This document shows positions 9,170 through 19,277 of a stretch of 51,588 bases of DNA, in pieces. This stretch comes from Candidatus Magasanikiibacteriota bacterium (lineage in GTDB: Bacteria > Patescibacteriota > Patescibacteriia > Magasanikbacterales > UBA922), in assembly GCA_018651085.1 (NCBI GenBank), contig JABIEQ010000017.1, positions 1 through 51,588 on the forward strand, written 5' to 3'. Under the pieces are notes generated by a model. The model had not been told where the DNA came from. It searched no databases and saw only the letters and a list, made by a program, of their open reading frames with translations. Made by a program: the position numbers and the translations under genes. How positions within the stretch are numbered: position 1 is the stretch's first letter; every line of letters starts with the position of its first letter.

Positions 9170-10192
9170 CTAAAACTGTGAAGAAAATCTTAAATCACCT
9201 GATTGAAAATATCGTACATCTTCAATCCCATACTTTGCCATGACTAACCTATTAATTCCCATTCCAAATGCAAATGCTTGCCATTCTTCTGGATCATACC
9301 CACCTTCTTTTACCACATTTGGATGCATAAGTCCGCATCCAAGCATTTCTACCCATTGTTTTCCTTTTCCTAAATCAATTAACATATCAAGCTCAAACCC
9401 CGGTTCAACAAATGGAAAGTATGACGGACGCAAGCGTACTTCGATGTTGTCTTTTTTAAATAACCCCTGCAATAATTCTTTAAGCGTTGCAATAAGGTGT
9501 CCAATATTAATATCCTTTCCAGCTATAAGCCCTTCAAATTGATAAAAGGTATGTTCATGCGTTGCATCAAGGGCTTCATTTCTATATACGCGACCAGGAC
9601 AAGCAAACCTTAGAGGTTTTGTTCCCCCATCACTATACTTTTGCATTGACCGCACCTGCATGTTTGATGTCTGCGTTCTCATAACCCATGTTGGGTTATC
9701 CTTAATATAAAAGGTATCATGTCCATCTCTTGCTGGGTGATGTTCTTCAATATTTACTGCTTGGAAATTATAATAGTCACTTTCTAGCTCTGGCCCATCT
9801 TCTACGATAAATCCCATATCTTTAAAGACTTTTTCGATTTCCCAAGTTCCAAGAGTCATTGGATGAATGTGCCCGGTTTCTTTTTTAGGAAGATATGGTT
9901 GAGTGACATCAATAGATTCTTCTTTTGCAATCTTTGACATCTTTTCCTTTTCAAGCACTTCTTTTTTTTCTCCTAATAATACGAGCAGTTCGTGTTTCAC
10001 ATCATTTGCCATTTGCCCGAATTCTTTTCTTGCATCTTTTTCTAGTCCTTTTAAAGATTTCATGATGTCTGACAGTATTCCTGATTTTCTCCCAAAAAAT
10101 TCTTGTTCTAACTCATCAAGTCCTAAAAAATCTGAGACTTGTTTGAGTCCTTTTTCAAAATCTTTTTTTAGCTTCCCAAGTTCTTTTTTCAT
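9170..10192 (-). CDS. pheS: Phenylalanine--tRNA ligase alpha subunit
   Basis: HPARD.HDTFY, MRTQTS, GRVYRNE..DATH, RPSYFPFVEPG, EMLGCG, FAFGMG..RL.M.KYGI.DVR. Confidence 0.98.
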   Translation of the reverse strand: MKKELGKLKKDFEKGLKQVSDFLGLDELEQEFFGRKSGILSDIMKSLKGLEKDARKEFGQMANDVKHELLVLLGEKKEVLEKEKMSKIAKEESIDVTQPYLPKKETGHIHPMTLGTWEIEKVFKDMGFIVEDGPELESDYYNFQAVNIEEHHPARDGHDTFYIKDNPTWVMRTQTSNMQVRSMQKYSDGGTKPLRFACPGRVYRNEALDATHEHTFYQFEGLIAGKDINIGHLIATLKELLQGLFKKDNIEVRLRPSYFPFVEPGFELDMLIDLGKGKQWVEMLGCGLMHPNVVKEGGYDPEEWQAFAFGMGINRLVMAKYGIEDVRYFQSGDLRFSSQF

Positions 10193-10198
10193 AGGCTA

Positions 10199-11368
10199 TT
10201 AAAATAATCCAAGGACATCTCTTACGGTTACTACTACAATTAATATCATAAGTAGGGCAAATCCGATAGTGTGTGCAAATTGCTCATACTTTAATGGTAC
10301 TTTCTTTCCAGTGATTTTTTCGATTAATATAAACAATATTCGTCCTCCATCAAGTGCAGGGATAGGGAGAATATTAATAACAGCAAGAGAAAGAGAAATC
10401 ATTGCAGCGGTATTAATGAGGTAATTCAACCCGAGCCTTGCGGATTCCCCGATGATTGACGCAATGCCAACAGGTCCGGCAACTTCAAAAGCAAGCCCTT
10501 GACCTAATATCAATCCTTTAATTAATAGATAAAATGCAATTACTATTTGCACTGTTGCTTTCGCAGCGGCTACAAATCCTTTTGGAATTGCAATGTACCA
10601 TGGGTACCTAATCACTGCAGCATCAACAAGTGATACTCCAATACGCGGGGTATCTTCCCCTTCAATAGTTTTTGGTGTTACTTCCAGATGAGCTTCTTCC
10701 CCTTCTCGTCTTATCACAACATCAAGTGCTGTTTCTCCTTGTTCTTGTACATACGCAATCATTTCTTTTGTCCCTACAATATCTTGATCATTAATACGGA
10801 CAATTTGATCACCAAACTTAAACCCGGCTTCATCTGCTGGAGAATTATTCGTAATTTGTTGAATAATAACACTTGGCGCTTCGACAATAATGGCATGCTT
10901 GTCGTCAAGATTGGTCACATCTGACGGAAGTCCAATAATAAGACCGATTCCAAGAAGGACTCCTGCTAACAAAAAATTCATGATTACACCGGCTGAGAGT
11001 ACTACTAGTTTTTTCCATGTTTTTTGATACCCAAAACTGTCTTTTTCGTTTTCAAACTCTCCGTTCTCTCCTTTTATACGAACGAACCCTCCGAGTGGCA
11101 ACCAATTAAAGGTATAGAGTGTATCTGGAAACTCTTCTTCTTGTTCGTGACCTGCAACTGTTTTTTTAAGATTACTTTTCCCTTTTCCTCTTATCCATTT
11201 CCATTTTCCTGTTTTTGGGTCTTTGTACACACCAAATGCACGCGGTGGAAACCCTAAAGCAAATTCATAGACCTTCATGCCTGACAATCTTGCGGTAATA
11301 AAATGTCCAAATTCATGGACAAATACGAGGACACTTAAAATAATGAGAAATAACAGAATTGTTACCAT
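10199..11368 (-). CDS. rseP: RIP metalloprotease RseP (M50, PDZ)
   Basis: HEFGH, PLGGFVRI, AGVIMN, PDZ (SPADEAG...GD.I), NILPIPALDGG; start moved to MVTILL at 11368. Confidence 0.95.
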   Translation of the reverse strand: MVTILLFLIILSVLVFVHEFGHFITARLSGMKVYEFALGFPPRAFGVYKDPKTGKWKWIRGKGKSNLKKTVAGHEQEEEFPDTLYTFNWLPLGGFVRIKGENGEFENEKDSFGYQKTWKKLVVLSAGVIMNFLLAGVLLGIGLIIGLPSDVTNLDDKHAIIVEAPSVIIQQITNNSPADEAGFKFGDQIVRINDQDIVGTKEMIAYVQEQGETALDVVIRREGEEAHLEVTPKTIEGEDTPRIGVSLVDAAVIRYPWYIAIPKGFVAAAKATVQIVIAFYLLIKGLILGQGLAFEVAGPVGIASIIGESARLGLNYLINTAAMISLSLAVINILPIPALDGGRILFILIEKITGKKVPLKYEQFAHTIGFALLMILIVVVTVRDVLGLF

Positions 11369-11456
11369 AGGATTGACGTTTTTTACGCTTTGTCTGTATA
11401 CTAATAACGCTAGGATTATCTCATACCTCCTGGTTTTATTCAATAGATTCGTACGT

Positions 11457-12026
11457 ATGATTATTCTTTATATAGTGATAGCCGTGATTGTGCTCCTTCT
11501 CTTGTGGGTTATAGCACTCTACAACGGTCTTATCAAGCTCAAAAACCGCACAACAGAGGCCTGGAGTGACATTGACGTCCAACTTAAACGTCGATATGAC
11601 CTCATTCCAAACTTAATTGCGAGTGTTAAAGGGTACATGCAGCATGAACGAGGTCTTCTTGAAGAAGTAACAAAGCTCCGTTCTCAAGCAATGACTGCAG
11701 AAGCATCAGGGGATCTAGGTGCTATTTCTCAAGCAGAAAGTATGCTTGGAGGAATGCTTTCTAAACTTCAAATTGCCGTTGAAGCATATCCTGACCTTAA
11801 GGCAAACACTAACGTTGCTCAATTAATGGATGAATTGTCTGATACTGAAAATAAGATTCAAGCATCACGACGATTTTACAATGGTATGGTTCGTGACTTC
11901 AATATTAAAATGGAAACATTTCCAAATAATTTGATTGCCGGCATGCTTAACTTCAAGAAGTACGACTTTTTTGAAATTGAAAATGCTGAAGAGCGAGAGA
12001 ATGTAAAAGTTGATTTGTCTTCATAA
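11457..12026 (+). CDS. lemA: LemA family protein
   Basis: N-terminal TM, YNGL...AWSDIDVQLKRRYDLIPNL, EAYPDLKAN, TENKI..SRRFYN, FPNNLIAG; start moved to MIILY at 11457. Confidence 0.95.
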   Translation: MIILYIVIAVIVLLLLWVIALYNGLIKLKNRTTEAWSDIDVQLKRRYDLIPNLIASVKGYMQHERGLLEEVTKLRSQAMTAEASGDLGAISQAESMLGGMLSKLQIAVEAYPDLKANTNVAQLMDELSDTENKIQASRRFYNGMVRDFNIKMETFPNNLIAGMLNFKKYDFFEIENAEERENVKVDLSS

Positions 12027-12038
12027 CATTACTTTTCG

Positions 12039-12069
12039 TAAAAAATACGCCTTTTAGGGTGTATTTTTT
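12039..12069 (+). terminator. Intrinsic terminator after lemA
   Basis: AAAAAATACGCC-TTTTAG-GGTGTATTTTTT. Confidence 0.7.
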
Positions 12070-12134
12070 ATTCTTTTCCTACTTGCTTCTCTTCCTTATT
12101 CGGTGTAGCATAGAAATGCTAAAAACTCTACAAT

Positions 12135-13001
12135 ATGTATTCACAAATTGACTCAAATAAACGAAAAACCGTATTTCTTATCATGATCTTTCTTATCATG
12201 ATTATTGCATTGGGATGGCTTTTAGGAGTGTATCTTGATTATGGCTACGGAGTATTTCTTTTTGCAGTTCTTTTTTCTATTGGATCTAGCCTTATTAGTT
12301 ATTATCATGGTGATAAAGTTGCGCTTCGCTCTACTAAGGCAAAACTTATAAAAAAAGAAGATAACCCGTATGTATACCGGATGGTAGAAAACCTTTGTAT
12401 CTCGTCAGGGATGCCCGTTCCCAAGGTGCATATTATTGATTCTCCTGCGCTGAATGCCTTTGCTACTGGACGAGATCCGGAGCACGCATCTATTGCCATT
12501 ACGAGTGGGCTTATTCAAGCATTAGAAAATGAAGAACTTGAAGGTGTTATTGCTCATGAACTTTCTCATATAAAAAACTATGACATTCGTGTCATGACTA
12601 TTGTAGTTGTGCTTGTAGGAACCATTGCTATTATGGCTGATTGGTTCTTTCGTATCCGTCTTTTTGGTGGATCTGATAACAAAAAAGCAGGTGGAGCTAT
12701 TCTTGTTATTAGTCTTCTTCTTTTACTTGTCTCCCCTATTGTTGCTGAACTTATCAAGCTTGCGATTTCAAGAAAGCGAGAATATCTTGCTGATGCATCA
12801 GGAGCACTGTTAACCAGATACCCAGAAGGGCTAGCTCGCGCACTTGAAAAAATACACGCATCAAATCAACCACTAAAAACGGCAAATAGTGCAACGGCGC
12901 ATTTATTTATCTCAAATCCGTTTAAACGAAAAACGCTTACATCATTTTTCTCTACTCACCCACCGGCAGAAGAACGAATTAAACGACTTCGATCAATGTA
13001 A
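12135..13001 (+). CDS. htpX: Zinc metalloprotease HtpX (M48)
   Basis: NAFATG, EELEGVIAHELSHI.NYD, ISRKREYLADA, FSTHPP.EERI; follows lemA as is common. Confidence 0.95.
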   Translation: MYSQIDSNKRKTVFLIMIFLIMIIALGWLLGVYLDYGYGVFLFAVLFSIGSSLISYYHGDKVALRSTKAKLIKKEDNPYVYRMVENLCISSGMPVPKVHIIDSPALNAFATGRDPEHASIAITSGLIQALENEELEGVIAHELSHIKNYDIRVMTIVVVLVGTIAIMADWFFRIRLFGGSDNKKAGGAILVISLLLLLVSPIVAELIKLAISRKREYLADASGALLTRYPEGLARALEKIHASNQPLKTANSATAHLFISNPFKRKTLTSFFSTHPPAEERIKRLRSM

Positions 13002-13005
13002 CTTT

Positions 13006-14508
13006 ATGATACGTCTTTTTCGACTTTATCGACTTGAAGGAATTGTTTTTTGTACTGGTGCTATTATTTTAGTTCTTGAAATTGCTGGATCTCGTGTCTT
13101 TGCACCGTATTTAGGAACGTCTATTTTTATTTGGACGAGTCTTATTGGTATTATCCTTGCGAGCTTAAGTCTTGGCTATCATTTAGGTGGTAAACTTGCT
13201 GACAAAAATCCAAATTACAAAACATTTGCAAGCATTCTTTTTTTCTCTGGCGTTGCGGTCCTTTTTTTAACACTTATTAAAACGCCGTTTCTTACCTTTG
13301 TTCGTTATACATTTACGGATATTAGGCTTGCTGCTCTTATTTCTACCATTGTCCTTTTTGGACCAGCAAGTACGCTTCTGGCAATGGCTTCTCCGTACGC
13401 AGTACGGCTAAAACTTAACACTATTGAGATGAGTGGAAAAACTATTGGAAACTTGTATGCCATTTCTACGGTTGGGAGTATTGTAGGAACGTTTCTTACG
13501 GGATTTGTCTTATTTTCTTACTTTCACTTAACCCACATTCTCTTTTCTTTAGCTATTTTGTTATTTATACTGTCGTTTATTGCAGCATCATCCTATAGAC
13601 GAGTTCATACTCTTATCCTTCTTCTTTTTTGTGCTGGATCAATGATCGTATCGTCAGAAGCTCAAGCGCTTCTTCAACAGAACGGGATCATTGTTCGTGA
13701 GAGTCCGTATCAACATATTGAAGTGTATACACAAGACACGTATCGCGAACAGAATAGAAAAACACGTGTGATGCGAACAGGAACAGGAGGCACGCAATCT
13801 GCGATGTTTCTTGATGCACCAGATGAATTAGTATTTAGTTATGCAAAAATGTTTCGCTTAGCTGAATATACAACCCCAAATATTCAAAGTGGTCTTATCA
13901 TTGGCGGAGGTGTTCACTCATATACCAAACATTTTTTAAACACCTATGCATCGTCTAGTTTAGATGTTGCTGAAATTGATCCGGTCTTAACGGAGCTTGC
14001 AAGAGAATACTTTTTTCTGACAGACTCCCCTCGGCTTCGTTTGGCTGACGAAGATGGGCGAACCTTTTTACAACACCAAGATAAAACATATGACGTTGTC
14101 TATCTTGATGCTTTTCGATCTAACAATAATATTCCGTTTCATTTAACGACCAAAGAATTTTTTGATGAAATCGATGTACACCTTAATGAGAATGGGACCC
14201 TTATTGTAAATATGATTAGTGCTTTTGAGGGAGAAAAAAGTGAATTTTTTTGGGCAGTGTTTGGGACGCTATCTCAAACATACCCTCAAGTGTATGCATT
14301 TCAAGTTCAGGATGAAAAAGCACCTGACGAACGACAAAACATCCTTCTTCTGGCAACTAAAAATATAGCCCCATTTTCCTTTGATAATGAAACTGAGTTT
14401 CAACAACTCTTTGAAACCCGCTATACAGGGGATCTTTTACTTGATTTACCACCCCTTACTGATGAATTTGCCCCAGTTGATCACTATACGAGACACTTAC
14501 AAATATGA
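13006..14508 (+). CDS. Fused multi-TM / spermidine synthase-like SAM-binding protein
   Basis: LEIAGSR..APYLGTS...WTSLIG TM block, G.LYAISTVGSIVGTF, then ESPYQ.I.V, IIGGG, AEIDP, DGRTFL, YDVVYLDAF, PFHLTT.EF, LTDEFAPV; start moved to 13006. Confidence 0.85.
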   Translation: MIRLFRLYRLEGIVFCTGAIILVLEIAGSRVFAPYLGTSIFIWTSLIGIILASLSLGYHLGGKLADKNPNYKTFASILFFSGVAVLFLTLIKTPFLTFVRYTFTDIRLAALISTIVLFGPASTLLAMASPYAVRLKLNTIEMSGKTIGNLYAISTVGSIVGTFLTGFVLFSYFHLTHILFSLAILLFILSFIAASSYRRVHTLILLLFCAGSMIVSSEAQALLQQNGIIVRESPYQHIEVYTQDTYREQNRKTRVMRTGTGGTQSAMFLDAPDELVFSYAKMFRLAEYTTPNIQSGLIIGGGVHSYTKHFLNTYASSSLDVAEIDPVLTELAREYFFLTDSPRLRLADEDGRTFLQHQDKTYDVVYLDAFRSNNNIPFHLTTKEFFDEIDVHLNENGTLIVNMISAFEGEKSEFFWAVFGTLSQTYPQVYAFQVQDEKAPDERQNILLLATKNIAPFSFDNETEFQQLFETRYTGDLLLDLPPLTDEFAPVDHYTRHLQI

Positions 14509-14894
14509 TCACTCATGCACTTCGTCTTACTCCGGGACAAGATATAAAAAAAGAAATTACGTTGTACGTACAAAAAAACAGCATCGCTGCTGGTGTTATT
14601 CTGAGTTGTGTTGGAAGTCTTACTCGTGCAACCCTTCGCTTGGCAGATGAACGTATTACCAAAAACTACGAAGAAAAATTTGAAATAGTTTCTCTTACAG
14701 GAACTCTGTCTCCTGATGGCTGTCACCTACACATGTCCATTGCAAATAAAGATGGGCATGTATTTGGAGGACATATGAAAGATAATTGTCTGGTGTACTC
14801 TACTGCTGAGATTGTTATTGGTGTGTGTGAACATCTTGCGTTTACAAGAGTGCACGATAACGACACCGGGTTTAAAGAATTACAGATTAAATAA
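14505..14894 (+). CDS. PPC/DUF296 domain protein
   Basis: LRLTPGQD, SCVGSL..ATLR, FEIVSLTGT, HLHMS, GGH, TAEIV, D.DTGFKEL; ATGA overlap with the upstream gene. Confidence 0.9.
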   Translation: MITHALRLTPGQDIKKEITLYVQKNSIAAGVILSCVGSLTRATLRLADERITKNYEEKFEIVSLTGTLSPDGCHLHMSIANKDGHVFGGHMKDNCLVYSTAEIVIGVCEHLAFTRVHDNDTGFKELQIK

Positions 14895-14904
14895 TACTAC
14901 AAAT

Positions 14905-14931
14905 AAAAAAGTCGCCATAGGCGACTTTTTT
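14905..14931. terminator. Bidirectional terminator between convergent genes
   Basis: AAAAAAGTCGCC-ATA-GGCGACTTTTTT. Confidence 0.85.
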
Positions 14932-16294
14932 ATTCTTTAATAATCTGTGACACTTCTTCTACCTTTTCTTTTACAATGTCTTCATTCATCCCTTCTAAGT
15001 TTAATCGTACAGTGTTTTCCGTGTTTGAAGCACGAACATTAAACCACCAATCTTTCCATTCAAAAGTGACTCCGTCAAAATCATAAGTAAAATGATCTTC
15101 ATACTTCGCAAGCAATGCATCAAATACTTTTTGCTTATCTTCTACTGAAAAGTTTATTTCTCCAGAGTGAATATATCTTTTAAAAGGTGCAATAAACTCA
15201 GATAGGGTTTTTCCACTTTCTGAAAGTTCTTTTAGAAAATAAAGTGTTACAAGTTCCGGCATTTCAAAGAAACCATACGGTGAATCATAAAAAAAGTGTC
15301 CTGAAGACTCTCCTGCAAACGGTGCGCCAATTTCTCTTGCCTTTTCTTTTATAAGAGAATGCCCCACGCGGGTAACCACCGGGATTCCTCCAGCTTCTTC
15401 AATAAGGTCAACGGTAATACGACCCGGTCTAATATCATATCCAATTGAAGCCCCAGCATGATCTCGCAATATAATTTGTGCGAGTACTCCTCGAAGAATT
15501 GCTGGTGGCACTGTTTCTCCTTTTTCATCAATAAAAAATATTCTGTCAGCATCTCCGTCTAATGCAATTCCAAGGTCAGCACCAATTTCTCTTACTTTTT
15601 CTTGAATATCTTTATTGTTCTTTTCTTTTAAAGGGTTTGATTCATGATTTGGAAATGTTCCGTCGAGCTCAAAGAAAAGTTTTTCTACAGTACAAGGAAG
15701 ATGCGTAAAAAGTGCTTCCATTAATGGCCCTCCCATACCGTTTCCCGGATCTATTACGATATTAAAGGGTTTGATACCTTCTTTTGCTACTCTGCTACGT
15801 GCATAGTCAATTTGTTTTTCTAATATTCCTTCGACTTTCGCATATGAACCTAATTGTTCCTGCTTAATCCATTCATTTTTTTCTGCAAGATCTCTAATGG
15901 TATAAATTCCTGTTTCCCCACTCACAGGGACGGCTTTTGCTCTTACCATTTTGCAACCATTATATTCAGCAGGATTATGTGAGGCAGTAATTTGTATTCC
16001 TCCATCAACACCAAGATACCCTACTCCAAAATAAAAGGTAGGGGTTGAGGCAAGTCCAATATCTACAATATTTACTCCTTGATCTCTTAAAGCCTTTATT
16101 ACAACATTTTTTAACGGAATTGAAGAATCCCTCATATCTTGGCATACCACAAGAGTGACATCTTCTTTTTTGGTATCTTCTTTTATAAATACAGCAAAGG
16201 CTTTTGCAATTCGTTCAACGAGGTCTTCATTGATCTCATTTGGGTATTTCCCCCTAATATCGTAGGCTTTAAAAATGTGGGATGGAAATGACAT
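14930..16294 (-). CDS. Phosphomannomutase/phosphoglucomutase
   Basis: IFKAYDIRG, ITASHNP (phosphoserine), DGDADR (metal loop), GESSGH, VRASNTE. Confidence 0.95.
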   Translation of the reverse strand: MSFPSHIFKAYDIRGKYPNEINEDLVERIAKAFAVFIKEDTKKEDVTLVVCQDMRDSSIPLKNVVIKALRDQGVNIVDIGLASTPTFYFGVGYLGVDGGIQITASHNPAEYNGCKMVRAKAVPVSGETGIYTIRDLAEKNEWIKQEQLGSYAKVEGILEKQIDYARSRVAKEGIKPFNIVIDPGNGMGGPLMEALFTHLPCTVEKLFFELDGTFPNHESNPLKEKNNKDIQEKVREIGADLGIALDGDADRIFFIDEKGETVPPAILRGVLAQIILRDHAGASIGYDIRPGRITVDLIEEAGGIPVVTRVGHSLIKEKAREIGAPFAGESSGHFFYDSPYGFFEMPELVTLYFLKELSESGKTLSEFIAPFKRYIHSGEINFSVEDKQKVFDALLAKYEDHFTYDFDGVTFEWKDWWFNVRASNTENTVRLNLEGMNEDIVKEKVEEVSQIIKE

Positions 16295-16386
16295 ATATCA
16301 GTATATTTTAGATTGACATTTTGGACTTTTTTAGTATATACTAGCTTTATATTTTTCGCAAAAATAGCTTAAGTAAACGGTTTTTT

Positions 16387-18900
16387 ATGACTCCAGAAAA
16401 ACTTCTTGATCAATTTTCAACTCATCTTAAACAAGTTATTACTCGCAGCCTTGCAATGGCTGTTTCTTATGGTGAAACAGATGTCCGTCCAATATACCTC
16501 TTTTTGGCACTTTTAAAAGAATCTGGATCTATTGGTACTGAAATTCTTTCTCGTCATGAGATTACTGATACAGAAGTTTCTTATACTCCAAAGATAACCC
16601 CAAATAAAAAATCTTCTCAAGATGCGACGACTATCCCTGAACTTAATGAATACGCAAAGCGTGCACTTGAAAAAGCAATTTTACTTGCATATGAACATGC
16701 TCATAATTATGTAGGTACAGAACACCTTTTATATGGTCTTCTTGATATTGAAGACTCGATCATTGAATCTGCTATTCAAAAATGTAGTGTTGAGGTTGAT
16801 ACTCTTTTTGATCATATTGATACAACCATGGCGAGTGCAAGTCGCTTTCCTGATATGCAAGACGTGAGTGACGTTATGGATCAACTCAGTGATATTGAAG
16901 AACTTCCTGATCAAACACCCTCTAAAACATCTACGAAAAAAAGGAAAAAACAAAAACAACCATCAGCACTTGAAATGTTCACGGTCAAACTGACTGATTC
17001 AAAAATTCAAGCGACCATTGATCCTGTTATAGGAAGAGAAAAAGAAATTGACAGGCTTATTCATATTTTGTGTCGACGTACCAAAAATAATCCTGTATTA
17101 GTTGGTGAACCTGGTGTTGGAAAAACAGCCATCGTTGAAGGTCTTTCTAAACGGATTCTTTCAGGAGATGTTCCTGATGTGTTAAAAAGAAAAACGGTTC
17201 TTTCTCTTGATTTAACGCTCCTTATTGCAGGAACTATTTATCGAGGAGAATTTGAAGCACGGATGAAGCACGTCATAGATGAACTCGCAACACATCCTGA
17301 TTATATTTTGTTTATTGATGAGGTTCACAATATTATCGGAGCTGGGTCAAATCAAGGAACGATGGATGCTGCTAATATTTTAAAACCAGCACTTGCAAGA
17401 GGACAACTTCGTTGTATTGGAGCTACCACAATTGATGAATATACCAAACATATTAGTGGAGACCCAGCACTTGAAAGACGATTTCAAGCAATTCCTGTTG
17501 AAGAACCAAGTACTGATGAAGCTATATCTATCTTATCTGGTATTAAAAAACATTATGAATCTTTTCATGATGTTACCATATCAGCGGCTGCAATTACGGC
17601 AGCGGTGACGCTTAGCACAAAATACATCCATAATTCTTTTTTACCTGACAAAGCAATTGATTTGATTGATGAAGCCGCAGCAGCAGTTCGCGCAACGCGT
17701 CTGACTCCCCCAATTGAAAAAAAATATCAAGAACTTCTTGATAAACAAGCCTTATACGAAAAACGTAAAGAAGAAGCTATTTTAGCAGAAGCATTTGATG
17801 AAGCCATGAAGTGGAAAACAAAAGTTGAACGCATGGAGAAAAAAATTGCTATTTTTTCTAAACAACAAGAAAAAGGACCAAAAATAACACCTCAAAAAGT
17901 AGGTGACCAACACATTATCGATGCTCTGGCACGACGCTTAGGTATTGATTCTTCGTTTATTGTTGTTGACGATTGGAAACATCTTCATAATCTCGAGGAA
18001 CGCCTTCGTACTCATGTTATTGGACAAGATGAGGCGGTATCTTCTGTGGTTAGAACTCTTCGCCAAGCACACGTCGGTCTTCGTAAAGGTACGAAACCGC
18101 TTGCTTCCTTTTTGTTTGTGGGACCAAGTGGTGTTGGAAAAACAAAACTCGCAAAAAGCTTAGCTCGCGAATTGTATAACGATGAAAAAGCACTCATTAA
18201 TTTAAATATGAGTGAATTTAGTGAAGCTCACGGAGTATCAAAAATATTAGGTTCTCCAGCCGGATACATTGGGCACAAAGAAAGAAATCATTTTATAGAT
18301 TCATTAAAAAAACGTCCGTATGCCGTGGTCTTATTTGATGAATTTGATAAAGCACATCCTGATGTTAGAAAACTTTTATTACAATTACTTGACGAAGGAA
18401 CGCTTACTGATAGTCGTGGGAAGAAAGTTCATTTTAGACATGCAGTGATTATTCTTACAAGTACACTTGGATCAATGCATTTAACTAAAAATGGGCTAGG
18501 GTTTGGTTCAACAACAACCAAGCAGCAAGCAAAAAAAGCACAACATCATGCTGTTATTAAAGATCTTAAAGAAACGTTTGGTGTTGAACTTATGAGCCGT
18601 ATCCAATCTACCTGTGTCTTTTCCCCTCTTCAAGAAGCTCATATAGAAAAAATCATCCGCAACCACATTACCATGCTTAGTGATCACTTCTTTGCTACAA
18701 AAGATTTTCGTATTACTCCTCTTAAAACGGCTATTACGAAACTTGCAAAATCATCATATGCTCCTGACACTGGCGCAAGACATATTGAAAAGATGATTGA
18801 TGATGTTGTTCATAACCTGGTGATCGATTTATTGTCTCAAGAGGAACGAAAAAAACGCTATACACTTAAGCACGCAAACGAATCTTTCACCCTTTCTTAA
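16387..18900 (+). CDS. clpC: ATP-dependent Clp protease ATP-binding subunit (ClpC type)
   Basis: Clp N repeats (YVGTEHLL), DPVIGRE.EI, RRTKNNPVLVGEPGVGKT, LFIDEVH, LPDKAIDLIDEA, UVR-like middle domain, GPSGVGKT, LFDEFDKAHP, GAR. Confidence 0.93.
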   Translation: MTPEKLLDQFSTHLKQVITRSLAMAVSYGETDVRPIYLFLALLKESGSIGTEILSRHEITDTEVSYTPKITPNKKSSQDATTIPELNEYAKRALEKAILLAYEHAHNYVGTEHLLYGLLDIEDSIIESAIQKCSVEVDTLFDHIDTTMASASRFPDMQDVSDVMDQLSDIEELPDQTPSKTSTKKRKKQKQPSALEMFTVKLTDSKIQATIDPVIGREKEIDRLIHILCRRTKNNPVLVGEPGVGKTAIVEGLSKRILSGDVPDVLKRKTVLSLDLTLLIAGTIYRGEFEARMKHVIDELATHPDYILFIDEVHNIIGAGSNQGTMDAANILKPALARGQLRCIGATTIDEYTKHISGDPALERRFQAIPVEEPSTDEAISILSGIKKHYESFHDVTISAAAITAAVTLSTKYIHNSFLPDKAIDLIDEAAAAVRATRLTPPIEKKYQELLDKQALYEKRKEEAILAEAFDEAMKWKTKVERMEKKIAIFSKQQEKGPKITPQKVGDQHIIDALARRLGIDSSFIVVDDWKHLHNLEERLRTHVIGQDEAVSSVVRTLRQAHVGLRKGTKPLASFLFVGPSGVGKTKLAKSLARELYNDEKALINLNMSEFSEAHGVSKILGSPAGYIGHKERNHFIDSLKKRPYAVVLFDEFDKAHPDVRKLLLQLLDEGTLTDSRGKKVHFRHAVIILTSTLGSMHLTKNGLGFGSTTTKQQAKKAQHHAVIKDLKETFGVELMSRIQSTCVFSPLQEAHIEKIIRNHITMLSDHFFATKDFRITPLKTAITKLAKSSYAPDTGARHIEKMIDDVVHNLVIDLLSQEERKKRYTLKHANESFTLS

Positions 18901-18922
18901 TCCTTCTTTTGCTTGTCATTTT

Positions 18923-19270
18923 ATGGATTCAGATACGCAACACGATTGGGCCATTGCCCTTAAAAAACAAAAACATCACACAACTAGACAAGGTCAAGCT
19001 TCTTTTGTGATTCAACAAAAAGAATTAAAAGATGCTTTTAGTTACCATAAAGAAAAACTTCTTACTGCTTGTGCAGTAAAAGACAAAAATACTATTGATA
19101 CTGAAATAAAAAAGCTTATATCTCTTCGTGCAAAACAAACTGTTCTTGATATGCAAGACATTAAAACACTGTATGGAGAGTTAAGTACTGATGTGCTTGA
19201 TAGCTACATGCACCACTACACTAAAGATTGTGCCCGCCTTATACATGGTGTTAATCTTCTTTTAGCATAA
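18923..19270 (+). CDS. Hypothetical protein (helical, 115 aa)
   Basis: ATG ORF tightly between clpC and the next gene; no motif recognised. Confidence 0.65.
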   Translation: MDSDTQHDWAIALKKQKHHTTRQGQASFVIQQKELKDAFSYHKEKLLTACAVKDKNTIDTEIKKLISLRAKQTVLDMQDIKTLYGELSTDVLDSYMHHYTKDCARLIHGVNLLLA

Positions 19271-19277
19271 TGCGACT

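Noticed and set aside
11277..11456. Apparent head-to-head overlap of rseP and lemA in the ORF track (also the extended starts at 6688, 12889, 31842 and 45892)
   Set aside because: Caused by longest-ORF start choice; downstream ATGs match family N-termini and remove the overlaps.
16295..16386. CtsR/HrcA (CIRCE) operator upstream of clpC, suggested by the many proteostasis genes in the window
   Set aside because: No TTAGCACTC-N9-GAGTGCTAA or GTCAAA-type direct repeat found; only a TTGACA...TATACT-like promoter.
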